A DNA stretch of 63,542 bases, the filler included, from Pelomyxa schiedti (lineage: Eukaryota; Protista; Evosea), in the NCBI GenBank assembly GCA_020536535.1. It is 14 parts of 14 records of this genome, joined end to end, with 100 filler letters (N's around TTAATTAATTAA, not from the genome) between each part and the next. Parts side by side here need not be neighbours in the genome. Positions count along the whole stretch, not along the records: positions 1 to 1,124 come from JAHLWZ010002799.1; positions 1,225 to 2,231 come from JAHLWZ010003021.1; positions 2,332 to 4,137 come from JAHLWZ010002262.1; positions 4,238 to 8,226 come from JAHLWZ010000385.1; positions 8,327 to 19,185 come from JAHLWZ010001253.1; 9 more parts are not named here. The stretch is one strand, 5' to 3'. The translations under genes were made by a program, and so were the position numbers. Below, piece after piece: positions 1-13,351 of this stretch (the first letter of the stretch is position 1; every line of letters starts with the position of its first letter). The notes under the pieces are model-generated. The model had not been told where the DNA came from. It made no database searches and saw only the letters and a list, made by a program, of their open reading frames with translations.

Positions 1-582
1 GCCACAAAGATTGCCGTAAGAGACGCAACTTGCTTGGCAATCTGGTACTTAAATTCAATAGGAGGTATGATTGATAGTGGCCGGTACCTGAACTTCAATG
101 AGAAATAGCATAAAATGTTAATTACTCGACGTTTTGCCAAAATGACCGCAGAGGGACAAGCAAACAAAACTAAGAATTTGTTGGTACCATGTCAACGCCA
201 ACGGAAATTCAAAGTGATACGCCTTGTAGAGGCGAAAATTAGTGGACGTTGGGAATAGTTTAGAAATTGACCTGCATGACGTATTTATTGAAAAATACAA
301 GAGAAATGCTAACAGTAAAGTAGAAACCCACTACCGACACAATTTGTAGCCTGTTACCCTGTCAAATAAAAATAAAGAGAACAATAAACAGGGATTCTAC
401 ATACACTTCTTTGAGGAGGGGCGCCATTGGCGCCCGCACCAGCGCAACCCCTGCCGTACCTCCCCCACTAGACGACATCCTCTGATGATTTTTGATCGTG
501 ATTCACCGACTCTTTCCTGACCGAAGCCGTAACGGGACGATTTCACATCATGGTGTGGTGTGGTGTGGTGTTACCCACTTGA

Positions 583-1124
<542 letters not shown>

Positions 1125-1224
1125 NNNNNNNNNNNNNNNNNNNNNNNNNNNNNNNNNNNNNNNNNNNNTTAATTAATTAANNNNNNNNNNNNNNNNNNNN
1201 NNNNNNNNNNNNNNNNNNNNNNNN
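1125..1224. other. Artificial contig linker N44-TTAATTAATTAA-N44 (13 copies)
   Basis: Identical 100-bp spacers with stops in all six frames start at 1125, 2232, 4138, 8227, 19186, 21385, 22543, 24498, 25913, 53323, 56140, 60868 and 61998. Confidence 0.98.
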
Positions 1225-1646
1225 CACATGAAATCGCCAAGTCCAACGACGTAGTGAGCCTTATTGCCGCAGACAAGAAGCTGAAGGAAACACTTTCTGA
1301 GTGCACACAGCTCACATCATCAGGAGCAATGACACCATGCCTCTCTGCAAAAAATGTCATGCACCACGTCAACACCCAGGCACTCAGGCAGGTACTCAAC
1401 AACAACTTTGCATCAGTGCAATACACTTACCACCAGCCACCCAAAACCAACATTGCTGATGTCAAGGTTGACTCCAAGGCACTGTGTGTCAAGATTCCGC
1501 AAAATGGCAGCAAGTCAAAGTCTTCTTCTGAATCCAAATCTGGCTCTGGGAAAGGAAACAGAGGACTCAAGATAGGTATTGGACTTCTTGGTCTTCTGAT
1601 TCTCATCATCAAAATCTGGGGGTATGGTGAGAAAGGCCAAGGTTGA
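1225..1646 (+). CDS. 3' part of a hypothetical protein with a C-terminal hydrophobic segment (possible tail anchor)
   Basis: Open frame ending GLKIGIGLLGLLILIIKIWGYGEKGQG. No family recognised. Confidence 0.35.
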
Positions 1647-1664
1647 TATGAAACCTGGGTTGAT

Positions 1665-2231
1665 ATGAAACCTGATGTCAACTTTATCTTCTTCAGATAT
1701 CAACTGGAAACTGTACAGATGTACACAGAGAACGCTACACGCCCAACCGGCGCCATCACAACCCGAGGCCAACTGGGAGCACTCGCAGCAGGAGCGACGG
1801 TGAATCGGTGTGGTGCCGACAGCCCCATGCAGAGAGTTATGGGACGGGACCACGCGTCGTCGTTCCTCCGCATCCTGTGGTTCGACGTCGTCCTTCCCAC
1901 AATCAGGCTTTTCGTGCTGGATGTGCGCGGATCGGCCCTCCGCGACGGGGCCCTCAGGCAGAAGGAGGTCGCTGTTTCCTTCGCCCTGTCACCCCTGCTG
2001 ATGAGCATTTTTCGTGAGCCGTCATCTGTGCCCAGACTGGATTTCAGCCCAGTGTACAAGGCCCTGCCGTCGTGGGCAAACAGCCCCTCCTCCCACAATC
2101 GGATTCGAGATGACAGCACCGCCTGCAACACCAAGTGGGTGGCCTCGGTGGGAAACTTTGTAAGAAGAGGAAAGGAGGTGATCAGCGGCAGCCTTACAGT
2201 TGCTCCACTTATGGGAGGGGCGATCAGCACA
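1665..2231 (+). CDS. Distant member of the ARDQ/RCGxxSP superfamily, 3' truncated (likely ATG at 1719)
   Basis: RGQLGALAAGATVNRCGADSP matches the RDQLAALLACLAVPRCGARSP motif of the array genes. Also FALSPLL and CNTKWV. Confidence 0.65.
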
Positions 2232-2331
2232 NNNNNNNNNNNNNNNNNNNNNNNNNNNNNNNNNNNNNNNNNNNNTTAATTAATTAANNNNNNNNNNNNN
2301 NNNNNNNNNNNNNNNNNNNNNNNNNNNNNNN

Positions 2332-2777
2332 GCAGCCCGTATCCACATCGTCGGATCGTTCTGCGGGAAAGTGACAATACCAGGAAAGGGAGTGAAGCAG
2401 CCCAAGGGATTAGCCGAGGGCGCATAATTCGACGAACCTTTGTTGATACAACCATAAGGCGAAGAAGAAGCGGAGGAACAAACAGAGACCACGGCGCGAG
2501 GCAACTTGGCTCCATTGTTCCTTTTTTGTGAGCGCGAGTACCGCGATTTAGTCGTGCCGTTTTGGTAAAATTGCTGTGTGGATGGGTAGTTGACCACCAA
2601 GGGTTGCTGCTGTTGGTATCCCGAGGTAAAAACAAACACTGGAAGGCCGGTTGTGGGGTCCACTGCAACGCTACCGACCGGGACTGTGTTTTGGCGCGAG
2701 AGTGCCATGACGTGGGCATCGTCCTCACCTGAAGACGAACTGCCCGACGACGAAGAGCTCGGGGGACAGGCCTGCAT
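2332..2777 (-). CDS. N-terminal part of a hypothetical Ser/Gln-rich protein
   Basis: Open frame from ATG 2777 to the contig end. No family recognised. Confidence 0.4.
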
Positions 2778-4237
2778 CGATGGGAGGGAGGAGAATGAAT
2801 TCTTGAAGGAGTTTTTCTGCAACTTTTGTATGTTTGTTTGGTTCGTATTTTATGTTTTCGTTCCATTTTTCGCTCGGCATAGAAAGAAAACAAAGGTGGC
2901 TGGAGACTTTTTTGGACGGTGATTTACGTCAGGCACAGAGGAAATGGGAGAATGTGCATTTTGATCTTTGAAGTCGGTCCCAAATTGACAGTTGGCAACT
3001 TGGCGTACCTACTGATTATCCCACAGATTTCCCAAAAGCACTGCACGTTGATGTTGGCTTGTTTTCCCAGTCTCGGCGTGTTCCGTCCACTTCTTCAAAT
3101 CTGATGTTGTGCCCTTCACGAAAAACATCGCAAAACCAGACAGAGTCACCGCCATTCTGTTTTTAGCTTAGTAGTTAGTGGGCTAATAGTACCAGTAAAG
3201 GAAGATAAAAGATACCCATTTATCTCACCATATTCCTTAGTTCTCTGGGAAGTTCTGAGCAAGGGTTTAGAAGCATGTCAACGTTCTTACTGACTAGGGA
3301 CCACGTTTTTGTTCTTCTTCTTGATACCACAGGTACAAAGCAGATGCCAGTCAACACTGTTCAGTTTTGTTTCATGATCGTTTTGCATCCTGTGAACTTG
3401 GCATGGCAATGTTCATAGAATATGTCCTCCAGAAAAGGACTAGCGGCATAAAGATATTTGGTCATTTATTCAGCATCCACATCGACTGAGACCAACCGTG
3501 ACCAAAAACAAAGTTTGAATGCCATTCCCGTGGACACGCAAGCAAGCGCATGGAAAAGTCCAAATGATGCTCACGTGCTACAAAATATTATTACACTGTG
3601 ATCTCCCATGTTCGAAGATTAAAAGGCGGTGAAGTATGGAGTTTTGAAGAGCAAAGCAAAGTTTTGAAGAGAAAAGGACCAGCTCTTTGTTGAAAGACAC
3701 TTCCCGAAAACGAGAACAAACAAAAATTTTTTTGTTCCTCCTTCGAGTCGTAGATTGGCTTTCAAAATTTTTCCTTTTCAAAAAGCAACTTGGCGATACA
3801 GGAAAGTGTTTTCGTCAAATTAATATTCTTTCGTTATTGAATACAATAGGTGTTAGGCCGTCACATCTCACACATCGGCAGCTTTCTGGTCTCTTCTGTC
3901 TCCAGAGATTCCCACGTTACAACATTTCGCTGCATCGAATAAGCCATATCAAAAGGAGAGCCATATGGGTCCTATCATTCATCAGACAGCAACGGAGCGG
4001 GAAGAATCCAGTGGGTAGTGCGACTGGGAATCCTGGTGGAGGTGTTTGATAGAGGCACAAAGCTTCCACGTAATCCCGCTCCATGGAAAACCAGTCATAG
4101 AGTTCTGCTACTCGGAGCAAGTTTTCGTAATCCCTCANNNNNNNNNNNNNNNNNNNNNNNNNNNNNNNNNNNNNNNNNNNNTTAATTAATTAANNNNNNN
4201 NNNNNNNNNNNNNNNNNNNNNNNNNNNNNNNNNNNNN

Positions 4238-7173
4238 GACTCTAACAGGTGTTTGATTCCTGCAGGCAAACCCAAGGTGATCCCTGTTGGAATTTATACG
4301 GACACTTTAAGAGATTGGCCGTTCTACCTTGAGTTGTTCCCATCCCTCATCAAGGACTGGGGCCATAAGATTCACTTTTGCGGTTGCTTCGGAATCAATT
4401 TGGCAAATGGTGAGGCTTTGCCACCAATGAGACCATTGATGCTGTAAATCACGAATCTCATGTTATGGCTCTTATTGGCAAAGCCATCACCAACACTGAG
4501 GGTGATGAGGAAAAATGGGCTGTACCACCAAGCTGGTTCCAACTGCACAAAGTCATGGGAAAACACAAGGAGGAAGTCATTACCTGGTCTCAGTTCATCA
4601 AATTTGCACATGAGAATGGAGTTGGCAGACCAGAGGTACAGCATTCCAGCACAAATATATCCCTTGACAAGGAGTTCCTGGCAATCAGGGGCTGCGTCGA
4701 CTACCTGTCAGACATGGGTGACATTTTCCACTTCTGGCACAGTGCATTCTCTTTCATCAGGGATGGGTCCCACCTTCAGGACCAAATTATTGTTTTGAAA
4801 CCCTCCTGGTTCAATGAGACCATGACATCAATCATAAATCAGCTTAACCCTAAGTTTACAGATGGGACTTGTATGTCCAGTGTACTTTCACAATCGAGTC
4901 CAAGTGAAGGGGCACTAAATCAAAAAGCTATTGTGCAGGCACTCAATCCAATGGCCAAACTAGGAATGATGATGACTATCAGCGGCAAGGCATTTTTATC
5001 ATTCTCCCTCCTGCCCAATACCTCTCAAAATGGTCGGAAGACCTTCTGGAGCACAACTGCTATCAAAAACGGGAAGATGGTTGCATGTGGGCGACACCTC
5101 GACTTTGGATTCTTGCCTGTGGAATTGTTCTCAAGAGTGATGTCCTCAATGTGCAACATTCCCGGCGTTGAGGAACCGATTTTGTTTTGGCAAAATGGTC
5201 TCCTGATTTACCGGTTCCTGAAACCTGATGACAAGGATCACATGTATTATTTGCTGATGACCCGCACTGAGGACTCTGTGACAGGGAAGACCCAAGTGGA
5301 GATTCTGGTGAAATCAGTGTGCAGTGCGAACAAAGAAATCACGTGGAAGGACAGTTTGATGATCCCAGCAATCAATTTTCTCCACCAAATCATAGAATCA
5401 CATTTCCATTTCCTGGTTGTGCAGTCATTCCCTTGTCCACAATGCATGTTGACTTCATCCAGCCACCCTGCTTTCTTCTCTCAGGAGGAGATCATTGAGG
5501 CAGCACTTGACAAAACAAAACAGTTGGTGTGCAGGACACACGCCACTCAGCAACTGTCATCTGTTGCACCCGACCTCTTCAACCTTGGATTTCCTGTGAT
5601 CCTCGCCGACACAATAATGGAGGCAAACTCCACTGCACCCACTGTCACCCGTACCGATTGTGGTGAACGCCCTGTCACACTTCAAGCAACCGCGTGGTTT
5701 CCCACGTCTGACAAGGCTCCAAAAGCCCTCCTCAGTGGGAAGAGGATACTGAAAGAGGTCACCGCACTGAGTGCGATTCCGGAACATCCCAATGTTGTTA
5801 AGTTCTNNNNNNNNNNNNNNNNNNNNNNNNNNNNNNNNNNNNNNNNNNNNNNNNNNNNNNNNNNNNNNNNNNNNNNNNNNNNNNNNNNNNNNNNNNNNNN
5901 NNNNNNGCAACCGCGTGGTTTCCCACGTCTGACAAGGCTCCAAAAGCCCTCCTCAGTGGGAAGAGGATACTGAAAGAGGTCACCGCACTGAGTGCGATTC
6001 CGGAACATCCCAATGTTGTTAAGTTCTTTGGTGCGTGTGCTCGTGGTGAAACAATGCTGAGATTGAGCGAACAGCAGCCAATGCTCACTCTCCCTCCTGA
6101 TTTGGTTGATGCCCCCCCAGGCTGTGCAAGTGAATCACTTTCTTTAGGAGCACTGCTGAAAAGGTGCATCCAACAACAGCAAGGGAATGACGAGACACTG
6201 CTTGAACGAATTCTCCCAATGAGACTGAGGGAAATGATCCTGAGAAATGTTGCACGGGGTCTGAAGCACATGCACAGGCAATTCCCTCCCATTGTTCACG
6301 GGGACATTCAAGCCGGTTTGTTTCCTCTTCCTTTTGATTGGTTCCTCCACTCACCAACTGAACAGGAAACGTTGTGATCACGTCGCTGGATCCGTCAGGA
6401 TCAGGCCCTTGGGCAAAGGTTTTTTTTTTCCATCCCATTTCAGAATTCCGTTTTTTCTCAACTTCAAACAAGCTCACAATGCCGATGGCGCCACGTGATA
6501 CTCCCACGGGGAGGACGGTGCCATCACAATCAAACGGGAACATGAGCCCCGAAGCCATCCTTCACCTCAACGATCTCTCGTGTTCCCCCGGAACCAAATC
6601 AGACGTCTGGGCATTTGGTATCCCCCTCCCGCACATACATACCCCACACCCTCTCTCCTTTATTCGTTGGATCACCCACCCTCTTATACAGGGCTTCTTG
6701 TTCACCACATCTTTGCGCCACTGTGGCTTGTTGCACTCAAGCCCATTGTCGTCGCTCGAACACACTGCCATACCACGATACCCGGCTATGGCACTGGTAC
6801 TTCGACCATGTCACAGGGTGTGCCTCTTCTATCTGAATGATTCCCAACTTGACTACAATCCGCAGTCACATCCTTGTGTGGTCCTAACTACCCAGACACC
6901 GCGGCGGCGACGACGACAATGACGACTATGACGAAGAAGCTGCCACAACCTGGAGGAACGTGGGTTGAGCGGTTCCAAGTTGGGCACGCCTTGTCGACCA
7001 GGGCGTTTGTTGTGGACGTGGAGTCGTCCATGGACCAAGCGACAACGATGGCAGGCACTGTGCCTGGATGGGCTCGCCAGTTAATGGAGTGTTGCCTGGT
7101 GCCCAACCCATCATTCAGGCCAACCATCCGCGCCCTGAGGGCAATCTGGCGCCTCTGCTCCCCGTTGCCTTGA
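4238..7173 (+). CDS. Roco-family protein (end of Roc, COR, degenerate kinase); 5' truncated, multi-exon
   Basis: COR motifs VPPSW, VDYLSDMGDIFHF, IVLKPSWF, GFLPVELFSRV and FWQNG, then kinase fold HPNVVKF, HGDIQAGNV, SDVWAFG and RPT. Introns 6316-6365, 6419-6472 and 6618-6691. Confidence 0.85.
5807..5906. other. 100-N scaffold gap with about 120 bp of flank duplicated on both sides (6 such gaps)
   Basis: 5687-5806 is repeated at 5907-6026. The same pattern occurs at 7508-7607, 10461-10560, 27871-27970, 32927-33026 and 36470-36569. Confidence 0.93.
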
Positions 7174-7214
7174 CACCAAAAAAAGAAAGAAGAAACTAGC
7201 TTCTTGGAATTAAA

Positions 7215-8226
7215 TTGTCTCGCGACAATTCCCAACCAACAGTGGCGAGTCTACAAAAACCACGAGGACGCGTGGGCCCTGGTGGGGGGGGATCCCGCAG
7301 AGTACCGCACTTCATGACGCCAGTCACACGGTCGGGCCGTGACTGTTTCAGTCCCCCCGCAGCTGCTGCGACCCCCCCCACTACCACCACTTTTACCGTA
7401 ATCAGTGTGAGGAGCACCGGCACGATTATGCCCACGCGTGCTCCTTCTATGACTATAGCTCTCACCACCACCACGACCGCATCAAACAACTCCCGAGCCG
7501 CCAGACCNNNNNNNNNNNNNNNNNNNNNNNNNNNNNNNNNNNNNNNNNNNNNNNNNNNNNNNNNNNNNNNNNNNNNNNNNNNNNNNNNNNNNNNNNNNNN
7601 NNNNNNNCCACTTTTACCGTAATCAGTGTGAGGAGCACCGGCACGATTATGCCCACGCGTGCTCCTTCTATGACTATAGCTCTCACCACCACCACGACCG
7701 CATCAAACAACTCCCGAGCCGCCAGACCCTCGTCACCGACAACAGAAACAACAAGCAAGCCGGGGCCAACCGTTGGATCTCAAGCCACAAAGATTACAAC
7801 CTCTAGGAGTAGTACTAGGAGCAATGCACAGGCCACAACAATAAAAACAGTTGGCAGCACACCACCAGGTGCTTCTACTCAATCAGCAGCAGCTGTTTCT
7901 TCTCCTACCCATGTTATCGCTGCTGCTGCCGTTGATGTAAAAAGAAAGCCTGTGACAAACGCTGTAGTGGCCAATAGTAAGCGTAATGCTGCGGCGTCAA
8001 GTGCAGCTGTAAATAGCACCAACAATATTCACAAACCATCAAACACCAAAACAGTTGTGAGCACGTCTGTATCTCCCTCAACAGGTTGTGTGTCTACTAC
8101 TCCTAGTTGTACTCGCAATTCATCGCACAACACTGCACCGGCACAAGAGATAATTCCCAGTTGTACTCCATCAGTACTGGTTACAACTGAAATAAAGAAG
8201 GAATCAGACCATAGGGATACTCCGAG
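7215..8226 (+). CDS. Ser/Thr-rich low-complexity N-terminus of a hypothetical protein, 3' truncated
   Basis: Long open frame across the duplicated gap, dominated by T/S/A/P. Confidence 0.45.
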
Positions 8227-8326
8227 NNNNNNNNNNNNNNNNNNNNNNNNNNNNNNNNNNNNNNNNNNNNTTAATTAATTAANNNNNNNNNNNNNNNNNN
8301 NNNNNNNNNNNNNNNNNNNNNNNNNN

Positions 8327-10402
8327 AAAAAAACAATATCTCACACACACAGGAAAGTGCGTTTTGCACCCAGACAGGCCACTTGAGAGGTTCTGTGCCA
8401 CTGACAACCTCCTCATGTGCCTCGAGTGTGCCTTGGAGCATCACCGCGCTCACGATTTGGTGACAATTGCAAGACAGGCACAAACAGTAATGGAGCAGGT
8501 TCCTCACATTGTTGAGTTCATCAACAAGAAGAGAGCCCTACTGGAAGAAGCGGCACAACAAACTGAATGTGCCCTCAGTACCCTCACGGAGGTGTGACTT
8601 TGTGACAACAATTGCGTTTCGTAATCTCCTCATCCAACAAACAAAAAAGATTCAAAGGAGAGTTGAAGGACACATCAACGGCACCATCAACAGACTGATG
8701 AAGGAACTTCAGAAAAAGAAGGACGCACTGCTTGCCAACACATCAAAATTCTTTGAAACCAGGAGGGGATCCCTCAAATTACAACTGAAATGCACACAGT
8801 CTGCTATTTCACAGTTGAATGACTCTGAGCACTACTTGAAGACTTCAGCGGCTGCTTGCCAAGCAACTCGCGGGAACCTCCTGTCTTCACTTGTAATCAC
8901 CACGTGCGCTCCAATCCTCACAAATCACGGCAACTGGGAAACTTCTGTGTTGGTGCGTTTGCCTCACTTACTATCCCCCTATTCATTCCACTTTTGTGAC
9001 ACACCTCTAAGGGACGACCTCAAAACACTCTGGCGTTGTTGAGTGCATGTGAGGGCACATTTCAGATAAAACAAGAAGATGCCACTGCAGCTCTCACGTG
9101 CATCAAAACCCTGTCGATTTCAAGTGTGTATATTTTTCACACCAACATAACTCCGGTGTAATTCACCGCACAGAGAGTGTCTAAAACTAACCAAACCAAA
9201 CAAAACCAGCTGTGGTTGGAGACGTAGAGCTTGCACTGCACACAATGAGGCTCATTGTTGAAGGTGAACTCGAACAAGCCTTTTTCAACTGTCTTCAAAT
9301 GTTCCCTTGTGTTTTGCATGGGCCTCTTTGTGAAGTATGTTGCACCCCCAAAGACGATGAGGAAAACCACATGTGTCCAGGACACACAATCAAGACACAC
9401 AACCTGTATGAAACGTTTGCTATGGTTCTTCTGTATTTCATGCTGCGCTTCAAACCTTCCCTCTCCAACAGCCTTGGCCCGTTTACCAAGCACCCCGCGG
9501 TCTACCTTAGGGATGTCTTGCTCCCAAATAGCTCCCCAGAATCACACGTTTTTCTAAAAGTTGTGATTGATGCCGCCATGTCATTGGTGCCACCACAACC
9601 ACTTCCATCACCACCAGCAGCGCCGAAAGCCCCACCCTCCAGAATCTGGTCTCTGTTTCAGGCATCTCCAGAACAACAACCAGCATCATCACCACCAGTT
9701 ACACCATCCATATCCACCTCACCTTCCGAACCACAAAATGACTGGAAGTGTGGTGTTGCAGCATTGGCGCATGTGATCAGTGGCTACATTTTTCACTGGG
9801 GTGTTGGTGGCGTGAGTGAGGACTCCAAAATGGCACGCAAGGAAAACAATGATGCCACACAAACAGCATCACGCCTCACTACTGTGCCCAAGGCATTGGC
9901 TGAGTACTTCATTAGCAGTCTGCTTCACAGCGGCGCATGCTTGCCCACCAGCAAAACAGAACTAGTAGAGCACTGGGAGGCGTCGGCGCAGCTCGGCCAC
10001 GTGGCTGCGCAGCAGGCAGTTGGCTGGTGTTACCTGACAGGTGGTACCAGGAGCGGGCGCTGCAAGAAGAACGTGGTGGAGGCAGTGAAGTGGCTTGCCA
10101 TGGCATCAGAGGCCGGCGATGCGTGGGGACAGTACAACATGGCCACACTGTATGAGACTGGGTGTAAGGAGGCCGGTGTGAGGAACGACGTTGCAGAGGC
10201 GGTGAGGCTGTACAGGCTGTCTGCCGCCCAAGGCCTCAGTGAGGCGCAATACGAACTGGGTGTGATCCTGTTGGATGGAACAGACACCGGCGGCGGTGGA
10301 TTGCAACAGCAACGCGAGGAGGGTGTCAGGTGGTTGTCACTGGCGGCACACCAAGGACACAAGGCGGCAATAGACAAACTCAAGGCAAAGAACAAACTTT
10401 GA
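8327..10402 (+). CDS. B-box + coiled coil + C-terminal Sel1-like repeats (TRIM-like paralog A); 5' truncated
   Basis: B-box2 CVLHPDRPLERFCATDNLLMCLECALEHHRAH, a helical E/K/Q-rich segment, and Sel1 repeats (EAVKWLAMASEAGDAWGQYNM, EAVRLYRLSAAQGLSEAQYELG). Confidence 0.85.
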
Positions 10403-10746
10403 CCCAAATTTCTGAAGTTGTCGCCACAGCTTCGTGTTTTTCTCTTTCCCCAACCAACCANNNNNNNNNNNNNNNNNNNNNNNNNNNNNNNNNNNNNNNN
10501 NNNNNNNNNNNNNNNNNNNNNNNNNNNNNNNNNNNNNNNNNNNNNNNNNNNNNNNNNNNNCTGGCGGCACACCAAGGACACAAGGCGGCAATAGACAAAC
10601 TCAAGGCAAAGAACAAACTTTGACCCAAATTTCTGAAGTTGTCGCCACAGCTTCGTGTTTTTCTCTTTCCCCAACCAACCAGGTTGGTCAGAGTACCCCT
10701 GGCGAGTGTTCCCAACCAATCATGATCAGGGTTAGGTGAAAACTTC

Positions 10747-13226
10747 ATGATCGTGATGATGGAGCCAGTGTCGTCGAGGTACGTGTGCTGGGTTTGTTAC
10801 CATCCAATTGTTTGTGACGATGAGTCGCCGAGGTTGTCGCAGTCGCAACTGGTGTGTGTATGTTGGGGGTTGTTTTTCTGGTTTTCCTTTTGACTGACAC
10901 TGCGCCTGTCACCAAAACAGGAGTGCGGACACAGAGTGTGCGGGGGCTGCATGGTGTCACTCTGCACATCCGCTTATCTGTCATTGTCGTCGTCCGCACC
11001 ATCACAGGTGAAGGTGGGGACTACAAAGGGGGATGAGGGCGATGTGAATATTGAGTGCCGGGTGTGCCACCGCGTGACGACACTCAGTGTGCGGGAGGTC
11101 TTTGCCAGTGCGCCTGTTGACGCCCGCCATCATCATCATGATGGAAAAGGTGCCTCCCACCAAGGTTCGGTTCCTGTTATAAGCTTCTATCTATTAATTG
11201 TCACACAGTCACGTGCGTGTTGCACCCAGACAGGCCACTGGAGATCTTCTGTGTCACCGATAAGATCCTCGTGTGCCTTGAGTGCGCCTTGGAACATCAC
11301 TGCACTCACGAATTGGTGACAATCACAAGACAGGCACAAGCAACAACAGAGCAGTGCCCTCTCATTGTCGAGTTCATCAACAAGGAGAGAGCCCGCATGG
11401 AGAAATTGGCACAGCAAACTGAATGTGACATCCTGTCCCTCACTGAGGTGTGTGGTTGTTGCGACGGCATTGATTTCTAACCAGAATGGGAAACAAAAAA
11501 AAGCGTAAAAGGAGAGCTGAAGGCTACATTAACGGCACAATAAACAGACTTGTGAAGAGACTTCTGAAAAAGAGGGACACACTTCTTGCCAACACATCAA
11601 AAGTCTTTGAAAGCATAAATAGAGCCCTCGACTTGAAACTGAAATGCGCGCAGTCTGCAGTCTGTCAATTGAATGAATCTCAGAACCAATTGAAGGTGAC
11701 AGCTGCTTGTAAATCACAGACTGGTGGGATCATTATCCCGTCTTCACTTGTGATTATCACTGAATGCAGTCCGGTTCTCACTAATTACAGCAACTGGAAA
11801 ACCTCTGTGGTTTGTTTGCTCACTTCACCCCTTTTCTTTTTCAATTTGATTTTGTACAAACTCCGCAGGAACAACTTCGTGATAACACCCTGCCTTTGTT
11901 GAGTGCTCAATGTGAGGGCAGACTTCACATCAAACAAGATATCCCTCCGGGACTCAGGTGCATCATAAACATGTCGATTTCAAGTGTGTAGTACACTTCA
12001 CACCAACCCTAAGTCATAAAAAACCGCTGACAAACAGACAAAAAAAAACAGTGGTAGTTGGAGACGAAGAGTTTGCACTGCAGACAATGAGGTTCTTTGT
12101 CGAAGGTGAGTTCCAACAAGCTTTTGGCAACTGCCTTGCAATGTTCCCTTGTCCTTCGCACGGGCCTCTTTGTGAAATATGTGCCACAACCAGCAAGGTG
12201 TGTTCAAGAGTCAAGAAGACACACAACCTATCTGAAACAGTTTCTCTGGTTCTTCTGTGCTTAATGCTGTCCTTCAAGCCTTCCCTCTCCGAGAGCCTTG
12301 GCCCGTTTACCAAACATCCAGGAACCTACATCAGGAGTGTATTACTTCCAAAGTGTTCCCCAGAATCACAGGTTTTTACCGTCTCTGTGATTGATGCGGC
12401 CCTGTCATTGGTGCTGCAACCTCCACCCCCAGAACAACCACAACAGTCACGGCCAGTCACATCATCCACCTCACGTTCAGAACCACAACAAAGTGATTGG
12501 AAGTGCGGTGTTGCTGCATTGGCACATGTGATGCGTGGTTACATGTATCGCTGGGGTGTTGGTGGTGTGAGAATGGACACCACCAAAGCACTCCAGGAAT
12601 ACAATGAAGTGATATCATCTTGTTTGGGGGAGTCAACAACATCATCGCCATGCCTCAATGTGCCCAATGCAGTGGCGGAGAACTTGCTTGGATGGGTTCT
12701 TTACGGCAGCAGCCCACTCTTGGACCCCAACAACAAAACCAGAGTTATTGAGCACTTTGAGGTGTCAGCACACCTTGGCCATGTAACTGCACAGGGTAAT
12801 CTTGGTTGGCTCCACTTGACAGGATACAGTAGCCCTGGTGGCTTTAAGAATGTGAGCGAGGCAGTGAAGTGGCTTGGCAGAGCATCAGAGGGTGGTGATG
12901 CCTGGGGACAGTATCACCTGGCCCAGTTGTATGAGACTGGGTGTGTGGACGCTGGTGGTGTGAGGAAAGATGTGACGGAGGCAATGAGGCTGTACAGGCT
13001 GTCTGCTGACCAAGGGTGGGATGAGGCACAATACAGGCTGGGTGCGTTCCTGGTGGATGGTACCGCAACCACAGACAGCCGGGGTGGTGGTGGATTGGTA
13101 CAAACACAACGGCAACAGAAACAGCAGTGGAAGGAGGAGGGTGTCAGGTTGCTGCTGTTGGCTGCTGACCAAGGCAACAACAAAGCAAAGGACAAACTGA
13201 AGACGATGAAAACTCTCCTCCCCTAA
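10747..13226 (+). CDS. RING + B-box + coiled coil + Sel1-like repeats (TRIM-like paralog B)
   Basis: The spliced RING reads CWVC..CGHRVCGGC..CRVC (intron 10852-10920). B-box CVLHPDRPLEIFCVTDKILVCLECALEHHCTH follows intron 11165-11208. Sel1 repeats lie in 12700-13200. Co-linear with paralog A. Confidence 0.87.
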
Positions 13227-13351
13227 CTAAATAGTCGCTCCATGACTGGTTCACTTTGTCTTGAGAGAATTTTTTTGGCGTTTGACACCGCGGTTATCGT
13301 TCTTGAAAAAAAAGCTCAATTCGAGGAATCAATCATAGCCATAATCACGTG

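Noticed and set aside
1125-1224. TTAATTAATTAA flanked by Ns as a conserved regulatory or recombination site
   Set aside because: It has identical 44+12+44 geometry 13 times and stops in all six frames, so it is an artificial contig spacer.
5687-6026. Direct repeats of about 120 bp flanking N gaps as real tandem duplications
   Set aside because: All six 100-N gaps show the same exact overlap, which indicates unmerged scaffold ends.
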